Shown here: positions 1 through 7,853 of the stretch, one piece after another | Layout of the letters: each line of letters begins with the position of its first letter | Numbering within the stretch: position 1 is the first letter of the stretch | Assembly (NCBI GenBank): GCA_011364965.1 | Contig: RDOB01000004.1 | Span: 398,309-422,308, forward strand | Direction: 5' to 3' | Origin: Candidatus Heimdallarchaeota archaeon | GTDB taxonomy: Archaea > Asgardarchaeota > Heimdallarchaeia > Hodarchaeales > Hodarchaeaceae | Length of the DNA stretch: 24,000 nt | Translations under genes and position numbers: made by a program | Notes under the pieces: generated by a model | What the model saw: the letters and a program-made list of their open reading frames with translations, nothing else | What the model was told of the DNA's origin: nothing | Databases searched by the model: none

Positions 1-1
1 T

Positions 2-781
2 ACAGAGGCATGGCGGAAAAGAAGAAAAGACACCAAAGATTACCAAACAGTGGATGCAGTTATAGACGCACAAACGATACAAGAAATTGAAAAATTGCAA
101 AATAAGGGGATTTTAGGGGAATTAACAGGCACAATCGCTTCTGGAAAAGAATCAGGTGTTTTTTTAGCTAATGTTGGGCTCCTAGGAGATAGAATCTGTC
201 AGGAAAATCAAATAGATCCTCCAATTGTCATTAAAATCTTCCGAACTAGTACAATGAATTTCAAAAAAATGTCTCAATATATTATTGGAGACCACAGATT
301 TTACAAACAAAGCAAAAAGACTCGTAAAATAATCCATCTCTGGACAGAAAAGGAATTTCGAAATCTTCAACGAGCATCCTTTGCAGGTTTGAATGTTCCT
401 AAACCAATTCTGGTTAAGAAAAATCTCCTTTTGATGGAATTACTCGGAGAAAATGGGATTCCTTATCCTCTTTTGAAAAATACTCCTTCTGCATATACTC
501 AAGCCATCTTAACCAAAATTCTAGATCAAGTTAAGCATTTATTCAAGATTGGTTTGGTGCACGCTGATTTATCTCCATTCAATATCCTTATAGGAAGAGA
601 CACTCCCTTTCTCATTGATATGAGTCAAAGCGTAATAACCTCACATCCAAATGCATTAAAATTCCTTGAAAGAGATATAAACAATATTTTAACTCCTTTC
701 TCCCAGTCAGGAGTGAATACCCCAGATTATGATGAATTATATGATGAAATCATAAAGCTCACCCCTCAAGAATCATTCTAA
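2..781 (+). CDS. rio1: RIO-type serine protein kinase (Rio1-like), 5'-partial at the window edge
   Basis: Kinase motifs are present: nucleotide-binding STGKE-like 'ASGKESGVFLA', catalytic loop 'HADLSPFNIL' and metal-binding 'IDMSQSV'. The frame of the 50..781 ORF stays open back to nt 2 (TEAWRKRRKDTKDYQTVDAV...). That stretch resembles the conserved basic N-terminal region of Rio1, so the GTG at 50 is probably not the true start. Confidence 0.9.
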   Translation, partial: TEAWRKRRKDTKDYQTVDAVIDAQTIQEIEKLQNKGILGELTGTIASGKESGVFLANVGLLGDRICQENQIDPPIVIKIFRTSTMNFKKMSQYIIGDHRFYKQSKKTRKIIHLWTEKEFRNLQRASFAGLNVPKPILVKKNLLLMELLGENGIPYPLLKNTPSAYTQAILTKILDQVKHLFKIGLVHADLSPFNILIGRDTPFLIDMSQSVITSHPNALKFLERDINNILTPFSQSGVNTPDYDELYDEIIKLTPQESF

Positions 782-824
782 AGCTAATAGAAATAAAGAA
801 ATTATATGGCAGGAGTAGAATAAA

Positions 825-1421
825 TTGACCATTGAAAGTAATATCCGGATCCCTAGGAGTCGAATAGGGGTTCTAATCGGTAAAGGTGGGAGTACAAAGA
901 AACAATTGGAAACCCTTACTGGTGTAGAACTTACAATTGATAGTGAAGATGGTTCTGTAATTATTCGGTCTACTCCAAACATTCCAGATCCTAGTTATAT
1001 CTGGAAAACTCGAGAGATTATCCGTGCTATTGCACGAGGATTTAACGCTGACCGTGCGTTCCTTTTAATCGATGATGAGATCTATCTCGAAACAATAGAG
1101 CTTGAAGGGACAAAAAATAATATTAAGAGATTGAAATCGCGTCTAATTGGAGAAGGAGGCAAAGCAAGAAAAATGATTGAGATAAGCACTTCTGCATGTA
1201 TTTCAATATTCGGTAACCAGGTTTCAATTATTGGCGAGTTAAATGAAATTGGGAACGCAAAAGAAGCAATAACACTTTTAATAAATGGCTCTAAACACAG
1301 CACTGTATTTCGATTCTTAGAACAATTACGTTTCCGTTCACGGATGAAACCTCCCAAGATTTGGAAAGATAAATCTTTTGATGAAGAACTGACTATATCA
1401 GAAACTGAGGAAGAAGAATAA
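825..1421 (+). CDS. Two-KH-domain RNA-binding protein (archaeal Dim2/Pno1-like)
   Basis: Two KH GXXG loops are present ('IGVLIGKGGSTKKQLE' and 'SRLIGEGGKARKMIE'). The start is TTG, preceded by AGGAG at 811-815. The gene sits directly downstream of a RIO kinase, a pairing I recall as conserved in archaea. The C-terminal tail is acidic (ETEEEE). Confidence 0.85.
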   Translation: MTIESNIRIPRSRIGVLIGKGGSTKKQLETLTGVELTIDSEDGSVIIRSTPNIPDPSYIWKTREIIRAIARGFNADRAFLLIDDEIYLETIELEGTKNNIKRLKSRLIGEGGKARKMIEISTSACISIFGNQVSIIGELNEIGNAKEAITLLINGSKHSTVFRFLEQLRFRSRMKPPKIWKDKSFDEELTISETEEEE

Positions 1422-1583
1422 AAAAGAAATCTTCTCTTCAAACGAAAAATGAATAAATTCCAATTAAAATACTCTAAATGTTGGCCATTCTTATTTAAAA
1501 AGCTCCATTACCGTTTAAAATGTAATTGAGGCCTAGGATTCCAATTAATCATTGGTATTTGCCATCAAAGGCTAATAATATTG

Positions 1584-1657
1584 GGGCCGATAGCTCAGCT
1601 TGGTAGAGCGTCTGGCTTGCACCCAGAAGGTCGCGAGTTCAAATCTCGCTCGGTCCA
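1584..1657 (+). tRNA. tRNA-Ala(UGC): tRNA-Ala (anticodon UGC)
   Basis: I folded the cloverleaf by hand. The acceptor is GGGCCGA/TCGGTCC and includes the G3:U70 alanine identity pair. The D stem is GCTC/GAGC and the anticodon stem TCTGG/CCAGA, with loop CT-TGC-AC. The T arm is GCGAG-TTCAAAT-CTCGC and the discriminator is A. No CCA is encoded. Confidence 0.95.
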
Positions 1658-1668
1658 TCTTCTTTTTT
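1658..1668 (+). terminator. Oligo-T tract after tRNA-Ala (archaeal-type terminator signal)
   Basis: The sequence tcttctttttt follows the discriminator base directly and contains a T6 run at 1663-1668. Confidence 0.4.
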
Positions 1669-1734
1669 AAAGATAAGAAAACCAAAAGTTTGTACATTTA
1701 GGAATATTATTGAAACTTCGTTCAATAGGATCTA

Positions 1735-1935
1735 CTACGAGAAAATAGAGGTTAATCGTTGAAGTAACTCATCTGCATTTACTAATAACCAATCAAGAAC
1801 TCCAGTTACAATACTTAGGATCAATAAAAAACCAAATAAACTTAATCCAATTAATATTCCTTCTTCCACGAGTGGAGATCCTCTTCTTTTTTGAAACAAT
1901 AATTTGATAGTTCTCTTAGAAAATGACAAGATCAT
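1735..1935 (-). CDS. Small membrane protein with a class III (type IV pilin / Flp-like) signal-peptide motif
   Basis: The motif 'KRRG|SPLVEEGILIGLSLFGFLLILSIV' has a basic stretch, a Gly at -1 and a Glu at +5, followed by a hydrophobic helix. I prefer the internal Met (MILSFSK..., 1935) because GGTGAGGA lies 3-4 nt upstream on the minus strand. The longer ORF reaches 1962. Confidence 0.4.
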   Translation of the reverse strand: MILSFSKRTIKLLFQKRRGSPLVEEGILIGLSLFGFLLILSIVTGVLDWLLVNADELLQRLTSIFS

Positions 1936-2030
1936 TTTCCTCACCACAATACAAAACTTCAAGTTGTTTATAATGTCCCAAAAATCGCAAAATGTATGTA
2001 AAATTTAGGTAATTATAACTGAGAAAAATT

Positions 2031-2666
2031 ATGGAAGTATCGGTGTGCTTAGTGAAATTTATTCCAACAAAACAGGTTAAGCCATTAAAAATAATTGTTT
2101 TAGGGGAAGGAGGTGTTGGAAAAACAACGATTTCAAAGACTTTCACTAGTAATTCGTGTTTTAAAGACGCTAGACAAACTATTGCAGTAGAATTTCATTC
2201 TATAATTTTTAATCTGGATTCAACCAAATTCAAGCTTCAAATATGGGATTTGGGAGGTCAAGAGCAATTCAAAAACATGGGAGTCTTTGGAGATTTTTGT
2301 AGAGGAGCAGATGCTGCTATCCTATGTTTTGATCTCACTGACTTATCCACTTTATTTTCGATTCCTGATTGGTTAAAGTTCATAGAAAATGACACACCTA
2401 AATTTTTAGTCGGAACAAAGTATGATCTTGCTTCAACTGAAGAAAAAACATTTGATATAACTTCATTCGAAGAAAAGTTTCATTGTGTTGATTCATATAT
2501 TTGTTCCTCTAAAGAAATTAGTTCTGTTATCCAGATCTTTAAGGGCGTTATTGACTTTCTAGAAAACGGGAAAAATAGTCTACAATTGCCTTCCAAGACA
2601 TCTGTTAAGATATCTAAACCTCTAGTATTATCACAAGGTGAGTTATATGCAAAAATTAATAGGTAA
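2031..2666 (+). CDS. Ras-superfamily small GTPase, Rab-like
   Basis: All five G motifs are recognisable: G1 'GEGGVGKT', a switch I 'QTIAVEF' (Rab-like TIGVDF), G3 'WDLGGQEQF', G4 'GTKYDL' (TKxD rather than NKxD) and G5 'CSSK'. The protein has no C-terminal Cys prenylation motif. Confidence 0.9.
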   Translation: MEVSVCLVKFIPTKQVKPLKIIVLGEGGVGKTTISKTFTSNSCFKDARQTIAVEFHSIIFNLDSTKFKLQIWDLGGQEQFKNMGVFGDFCRGADAAILCFDLTDLSTLFSIPDWLKFIENDTPKFLVGTKYDLASTEEKTFDITSFEEKFHCVDSYICSSKEISSVIQIFKGVIDFLENGKNSLQLPSKTSVKISKPLVLSQGELYAKINR

Positions 2667-3390
2667 AATGAATAATAAACATGAAAATAAGAGAATTGTA
2701 AGTGGTGTGCCAGGATTCAATCGTTTAGTTGAAGGTGGTTTTAGGGAAAATTCAGTAAATGTCGTCATTGCTGACCCTGGTTGCGGAAAATCAACTTTTT
2801 GTTGGCAATTCTGTGCTGAAGAGCCAGAAGCCCCTGCATTATATGTCTCCTTAGAACAGAATCTAGATTCAGTGCTAAGAGATTGTCGTGATATTGGCCT
2901 GAATAATTTTGAAGACAAATATAGGAGAGGTCGTTTGCAATTCCAAGTTGCGTTTAGCGAGGATTCTGATATGACCTCTGGAGAAATCGGTTTGAGATTT
3001 TTTATGTCTGAACTCCCTAAATATCTTGAAATAATCAGGGAAACAGCAGAACATTATCATGGAGGAATACGAATAGCAATAGATCCCCTTACTCCATTAT
3101 TATTGGAAATTCCAGATTTGAACCAGCAACGAAATGCCATAAATCGAATATTTACATCTTTAAGAAAGATTGGTACAGCTGTTGTTACAATAGAGAAAGG
3201 ATTTGGGGAATCTTTAGCGAAAGTGCCATTATTTCTTGCAGATTCCATTCTTGAATTAGAACATATTGGTCTTGGTGGTATATACAACCGAACACTCCGT
3301 GTTCGTAAGTTTCGAGGTTCTGCACATGCTGAGACTCCTCAACCGATTCATTTTGAAACTGGAAAGGGGTTATCGGTATATGAAATCTAA
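2647..3390 (+). CDS. Single-domain KaiC-like / RecA-superfamily ATPase
   Basis: The opening 'GVPGFNRLVEGGF' matches the KaiC/RadA-type pattern TGIxGLDxxLxGG. Walker A is 'ADPGCGKST' and the Walker B-like strand is 'IRIAIDPLT'. I chose the ATG at 2647 because AGGTGA lies at 2636-2641. Alternative starts are GTG 2638 and ATG 2668. The 2638 and 2647 starts overlap the GTPase stop at 2664-2666, and 2668 begins 1 nt after it. Confidence 0.8.
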   Translation: MQKLIGKMNNKHENKRIVSGVPGFNRLVEGGFRENSVNVVIADPGCGKSTFCWQFCAEEPEAPALYVSLEQNLDSVLRDCRDIGLNNFEDKYRRGRLQFQVAFSEDSDMTSGEIGLRFFMSELPKYLEIIRETAEHYHGGIRIAIDPLTPLLLEIPDLNQQRNAINRIFTSLRKIGTAVVTIEKGFGESLAKVPLFLADSILELEHIGLGGIYNRTLRVRKFRGSAHAETPQPIHFETGKGLSVYEI

Positions 3391-3811
3391 TATTTTAGAA
3401 TTGAAGCCCTCAATACCCTCTCTTCTTCGAACTATAGATCAGGAATTAGGGCATTTGAACAACTTCATCGATATTCAGGCTGTTTTCCTCTTTAGAATCG
3501 ATGGATATGTTTTGAAGTCCCATTATAGTACAAATCGCTCAAATAATCTCTTGCATGTCATAGGTTGGGTTAAGCAAATTATCTCTAAAACTATGGAGGA
3601 ATTGCAGAGAGGATCCAGATCCGTTAAATATGACAAAGAAATAAACGTAAATGAGTCTATTCCAGTCTATTTCTATCGTGCAGGTCAATCCAGTATTTTA
3701 GTAACCTTTCTTAGGTCAAAAGCAAATACTGGATTAATGGAAATTGAGATGAGTCGAACTGCAAAACGTTTGAGCTATATAATTGATAATTTTGATAGTT
3801 TAGAGGTTTAA
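3380..3811 (+). CDS. Roadblock/LC7 (MglB-like) domain protein
   Basis: The size (143 aa) and sequence pattern fit Roadblock/LC7. 'IDIQAVFLFRIDGYVLKS' matches the V.g.llv..dGl.ia pattern. 'SILVTFLRSKANTGLMEIEMSRTAKRL' matches the L.v.......G......l pattern. I chose the ATG at 3380, which overlaps the KaiC-like stop by 11 nt. The 3266 start would require a 125-nt overlap. Confidence 0.6.
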   Translation: MKSNILELKPSIPSLLRTIDQELGHLNNFIDIQAVFLFRIDGYVLKSHYSTNRSNNLLHVIGWVKQIISKTMEELQRGSRSVKYDKEINVNESIPVYFYRAGQSSILVTFLRSKANTGLMEIEMSRTAKRLSYIIDNFDSLEV

Positions 3812-3813
3812 AA

Positions 3814-5190
3814 ATGATTAATGCCTCGGTTGGTCTATTTATTAATCACGATCTAAATTATGCAACACAAAAAGCCTTAGAACAGGCTGAAGCGAAGTTG
3901 GATGGGGATCCCTCTCTCATTCTATATTTTACCGGGACTCATCTTGGGGGTTCCCAGACATACGATAGAGCATTAAGGATTATCAAGCAGAAATATCCCA
4001 GAATTCCCTTGGCAGGATGTTCAGGAATCGGAATATGTGATAAACATGATTATGGTCTAAAAGGGGCTGGTATTCTCCTAGTAACAGGGATCACCGCTAG
4101 AACTTCACTTATAAAGCGTTTTAGAATTGGTACGAGTCTAAAAGCTCGCAAAATTCGACGGAATTGTAATAAAATAAATCGTATTGAAAAAAAAAGAGGA
4201 TCGAACACAACTTTCCTTTTTTTTCCCCCTGGACTTGGTTTTCCCAAATTCTTAATTAATTTACTAAATCATAAGATTGAAGGCTTTAATCCCTTTTTTC
4301 CTCTGAATAATCGCATTTGGCGATTGTTTCCTTTATTATCGAAACTTTCTGGTAAGTTTGCTGGATTCGCTATGGACATTGCTGGGATTGGAATCTCCTA
4401 CTCGGCGGCTTGGCCTCTGTTTTCACAATTATATGAGGATGGTATTCATTTTACCGGCACATTTGGTACCGATCCTCTTACCATGAATAAATCATATCAA
4501 TTCAGTAATTTTAAAGCATATAAGGACTCTTTAGTTTATGTTTCCATTAGTTCTCCTTTTTTACACTTTACAAGTCAAACTGATAGTGGTGCTCAAATAA
4601 TTCCTCAAAAAACTTTCGATTTGGATAGTTATCTAAATGGGGGTTTTATTCCCAGAATTAGAAAGAAATGGGGAAAACTTGCATTATTAGAGCTTTTTGA
4701 CATGGAAAAAACTCCTGAAATCTTAGAAGAATGTATTCAACGATATTTCTACTATCATCCATTTCGACCATTGTGCGTGATTGATAACTCAAACAATCAA
4801 AATATTTATTGTTTAGCAGTAAATCCAAATCTCAATCACGCGCTGATTACAGCGCCTAACCAAGTTGCTAAGCAATTAATCAAAACATCTAGAAATAGAT
4901 TAAATGCATATATTTGTGATCAGAGTTCTCAAACTATTGAATCCTTACTAAAGGAAACTTTGTCAAAACAGGTTTCAAAAAACACCCTATTCGGTTTATT
5001 TTTCGATTGTGGGAATAGAGCAATGATCATTGGTGATAGATTCGACCAATACTCAAAGGTTTATGCTGATAACTTAAATATTCCTTATTTGGTTGTCATA
5101 TCTGGAGGTGAAATAAATTCGCAGACATTCCCTATTGTTAACATGAGTTTAATCTCCAGTTTGGCACACGGAACCATAAATTCTCCCTAG
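3814..5190 (+). CDS. FIST (FIST_N + FIST_C) sensory-domain protein
   Basis: The N-terminal pattern 'DPSLILYFTG...YDRALRIIKQKYPRIPLAGCSGIGIC' resembles FIST_N. The C-terminal pattern 'LFGLFFDCGNRAMIIGDRFDQYSKVYADNLNIPYLVVISGGEI' resembles FIST_C. The ATG lies 2 nt after the Roadblock stop, with GAGGT at 3804-3808. Confidence 0.6.
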   Translation: MINASVGLFINHDLNYATQKALEQAEAKLDGDPSLILYFTGTHLGGSQTYDRALRIIKQKYPRIPLAGCSGIGICDKHDYGLKGAGILLVTGITARTSLIKRFRIGTSLKARKIRRNCNKINRIEKKRGSNTTFLFFPPGLGFPKFLINLLNHKIEGFNPFFPLNNRIWRLFPLLSKLSGKFAGFAMDIAGIGISYSAAWPLFSQLYEDGIHFTGTFGTDPLTMNKSYQFSNFKAYKDSLVYVSISSPFLHFTSQTDSGAQIIPQKTFDLDSYLNGGFIPRIRKKWGKLALLELFDMEKTPEILEECIQRYFYYHPFRPLCVIDNSNNQNIYCLAVNPNLNHALITAPNQVAKQLIKTSRNRLNAYICDQSSQTIESLLKETLSKQVSKNTLFGLFFDCGNRAMIIGDRFDQYSKVYADNLNIPYLVVISGGEINSQTFPIVNMSLISSLAHGTINSP

Positions 5191-5209
5191 AATGGAGGAT
5201 TAAACCAAA

Positions 5210-6586
5210 TTGGCTGTAATTCATTCTATACTAGGAATTTCAGCAATTCCAAATGAATTTCAAATATTAACAATGAAATATTTTGGATTACAGGTAGTAG
5301 TATCAGGTATCTATCTAAGTTATGCTTGGATTTCTCTTTATTATTTAGTAATATTGAACTCGGTTTCATTGTATAGTTATATTGTTGCAATAGGTATGCT
5401 TTGCGGAGCATTATTAGATTTTCCTTTGGGACTAATAACTGACCGTTTTGGCCAGAAGAAAGCTTATTGTGGGGCTTTATCATGTCTTTTAATTTATTAT
5501 TTAGGGTTAATATTTGCTAAAAGTGCATTTGACCTTCTAGTATTGGAAATTATTGTAGGAGTTTATTCAGCTTTAATTTCTGGATCCTTCATTACTTGGT
5601 TTATGAATTCTTGGGAACTAATCTCTATGAATATAGGAAAAGAGTCAAAAATCCAATTTAATGCAATTATGAGTAATATTAATTCTATTAAAACAGTCCT
5701 AGTAGCTACAATGACTATCTTTGGAGGTTTTTTATTAAATAAATTAGCTATTCCTCCTCAAGGCATTTTTCTCTTACAATCTGCAATAGCAGGCTTTGGA
5801 ATTCTATTAGGAATTCGATTTTTGAACACCCCAATCACAGAAAGCAGAATGGAATCTGAAGTTCCAAGATCTGATAGGACTAATGGTTTTCATACATTAG
5901 CTAAAATTAGAGAACTGATATTACTTCTTCAATCACGATATGCCAAGGTAACAATCTTCTTTCTCAGCTTATCCCTTTTGGGTTTTACATCAATGGCATT
6001 TCAGACACTGCTTTTCACGCCATTATTATACGAATTAACCACTCACTCCCCTATTTTTAAATCCACTGAGAAAATTTTGATAACATATACTACATTATCA
6101 ATATTTCTAATTTCCTTTATACAAGCTGGTTCCGATTTTATCCACGCGATTGCATGTAGGCTGTCTGGACGAATATTCAACAATGTTATTTCCCCTTATC
6201 GAATTTTAATTGTCATTTATTCATTGATTTATCCAGTTGTGTGGTTATTTCTCGTATTTCTCCTCTCATCTAGTGTTCCAAAGTATTTCAAACTTATTGG
6301 CGTAATAAGTATTTACTTAATACGATTAATTATAGTTGGTCTAATTTCAAGTTTGTATTGGCAATTTTATATGAAAATTACTATAGTTAAAATTCGAAGT
6401 TCTCAAGAATCGTTATTTAATACTATTTACCTAGTAGTTTCAGTTTTGGGATTTGCTCTAATTGGTATTATCATAGAAAGATTCAGTTTGGAATCTAGTC
6501 TTCTTAGTCTTTTTATAATTAGTACCCTTGGCATTTTCCTTTTAATTATTGGGGATTATGCTGAAATTTCTATTAAAAATAATTGA
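5210..6586 (+). CDS. MFS-type membrane transporter
   Basis: The protein is polytopic and hydrophobic (about 12 helices by eye). It carries an MFS motif-A-like loop 'GLITDRFGQKKAY'. The start is TTG, 10 nt after GGAGGA (5194-5199) and 19 nt after the FIST stop. An alternative ATG lies at 5273. Confidence 0.7.
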   Translation: MAVIHSILGISAIPNEFQILTMKYFGLQVVVSGIYLSYAWISLYYLVILNSVSLYSYIVAIGMLCGALLDFPLGLITDRFGQKKAYCGALSCLLIYYLGLIFAKSAFDLLVLEIIVGVYSALISGSFITWFMNSWELISMNIGKESKIQFNAIMSNINSIKTVLVATMTIFGGFLLNKLAIPPQGIFLLQSAIAGFGILLGIRFLNTPITESRMESEVPRSDRTNGFHTLAKIRELILLLQSRYAKVTIFFLSLSLLGFTSMAFQTLLFTPLLYELTTHSPIFKSTEKILITYTTLSIFLISFIQAGSDFIHAIACRLSGRIFNNVISPYRILIVIYSLIYPVVWLFLVFLLSSSVPKYFKLIGVISIYLIRLIIVGLISSLYWQFYMKITIVKIRSSQESLFNTIYLVVSVLGFALIGIIIERFSLESSLLSLFIISTLGIFLLIIGDYAEISIKNN

Positions 6587-6601
6587 TTTGCCAGTTATAT
6601 T

Positions 6602-7798
6602 TTATAGATATTCACTAGGAGTACTTGGGGGTCTACTACCAGATAGAACTTTTTTAATAGCCTTCTTGAAATCATTAAAAGTAACACGTGTTCGTTTTTC
6701 TCTAATCGCAAACATCCCTGATTCCTGTGTGATCGCTCGTATATCTGCACCAGAAGCGTTGGCTGTTTCACTTGCTAAATATGAATAATCAACTTTTGAA
6801 TCCACATTCATCGTACGTGTGTGAATTTTGAATATTTCTTGTCTCTCCTCATGTGTAGGTAAGAGAAACTCAATATGTCTATCAAATCGACCTGGTCGTA
6901 ATAGCGCTGGATCTAAAATATCAACTCGGTTTGTTGCTCCGATAATTTTCACATCCCCTCTTGGAGAGAAACCATCCAATTCACTTAGAAGCTGCATTAA
7001 GGTTCGTTGTACTTCTCGGTCTCCGCTTGTAGCAATATCAAGACGTTTACTTCCAATTGCATCTAATTCGTCAATAAACAAAATACTCGGGGAATTGTCC
7101 CGTGCGAAAGCAAATACCTCTCTAACCAGTCTTGCTCCTTCTCCAATATACTTTTGAACCAATTCGGATCCGATGACTCGAATAAAGGTAGCTTTGGTTT
7201 CATGAGCCACTGCTTTGACCATTAATGTCTTACCTGAACCAGGAGGTCCATGTAATAGTACTCCTTTTGGTGGTTCAATTCCAACTTTCACAAACAATTC
7301 TGGTTGTAATAGCGGTAGTTCAACAGTTTCTTTAAGCTCTTGTAGTTGTAATTTAAGGCCGCCGATATCCGTATAGGTCTCTGTTGGCTTTGAATCAACC
7401 TCCATGGAGCGTACTAGCGGGTCTCGTGATTGAGGTAGTACTTCAAGAATTGCAAAATTTCTTTGATGAAGTGCTACTCTTGCACCTGCTATTAGTTCCT
7501 CTCTGGATATTGAAGAATCAATTACAACAACAAAAGATGGACCTGTAGAGCTTTTTACAATAGCTTTCCCATTTTCCAGTATTTCTTGAATAGTCCCTGT
7601 AAACAATGGAGGTTGACGGAGTTTTTGCAATTCTAGCTTAAGATTATCTCTCTCCTCTTCTAATTTGTTACGCTGTACCTCAAGGAGCTGTCTTTCAGTT
7701 TCTAAGGCACGAATTCGTCTTTCCATGGTACGCGTATAGCTATCAGTGAAATCATCATATGATTCTTTATTATCCACACTCTCAGGCATCAGTTCCAC
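6602..7798 (-). CDS. pan: Proteasome-activating nucleotidase (AAA+ ATPase, Rpt/PAN family)
   Basis: An N-terminal coiled coil (RIRALETERQLLEVQRNKLEEERDNLKLELQKL) is followed by an OB region. Walker A is 'GPPGSGKT', Walker B is 'ILFIDELDA' and the arginine-finger region is 'RPGRFDR'. The C-terminus '...SEYL' keeps the penultimate Tyr. Confidence 0.95.
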   Translation of the reverse strand: MELMPESVDNKESYDDFTDSYTRTMERRIRALETERQLLEVQRNKLEEERDNLKLELQKLRQPPLFTGTIQEILENGKAIVKSSTGPSFVVVIDSSISREELIAGARVALHQRNFAILEVLPQSRDPLVRSMEVDSKPTETYTDIGGLKLQLQELKETVELPLLQPELFVKVGIEPPKGVLLHGPPGSGKTLMVKAVAHETKATFIRVIGSELVQKYIGEGARLVREVFAFARDNSPSILFIDELDAIGSKRLDIATSGDREVQRTLMQLLSELDGFSPRGDVKIIGATNRVDILDPALLRPGRFDRHIEFLLPTHEERQEIFKIHTRTMNVDSKVDYSYLASETANASGADIRAITQESGMFAIREKRTRVTFNDFKKAIKKVLSGSRPPSTPSEYL

Positions 7799-7853
7799 TA
7801 CTTCAATCGATTGTTACTGTTTTAATAATGACTACTTTGATGAATTACTACAA

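Noticed and set aside
182-370. Several antisense or shadow ORFs of 60-120 aa lie inside confident genes. Examples are 182-370(-), 773-982(-), 1082-1441(-), 2643-2918(-), 2875-3060(-), 3057-3287(-), 4050-4247(-), 5226-5483(-), 6549-6788(+), 6828-7157(+), 8462-8764(-), 9140-9343(-), 9467-9655(-), 13937-14122(+), 14170-14418(+), 15452-15781(-), 15846-16082(-), 16255-16449(-), 18245-18442(+), 21227-21412(-) and 22769-22951(-).
   Set aside because: Each lies opposite to, or out of frame with, a gene that has strong motif support. Their translations are low-complexity or hydrophobic with no recognisable motif. I treat them as chance open frames.
1916-2146. A 76-aa minus-strand ORF spans the GTPase promoter and start.
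   Set aside because: It overlaps the P-loop-encoding part of the GTPase gene in antisense and has no motif or SD. It is most likely spurious.
3266-3379. The upstream extension of the Roadblock ORF from the ORF-track start at 3266.
   Set aside because: It would overlap the KaiC-like gene by 125 nt. The added residues (MVLVVYTTEHSVFVSF...) are the out-of-frame shadow of the KaiC C-terminus. The ATG at 3380 gives a typical Roadblock-sized protein.
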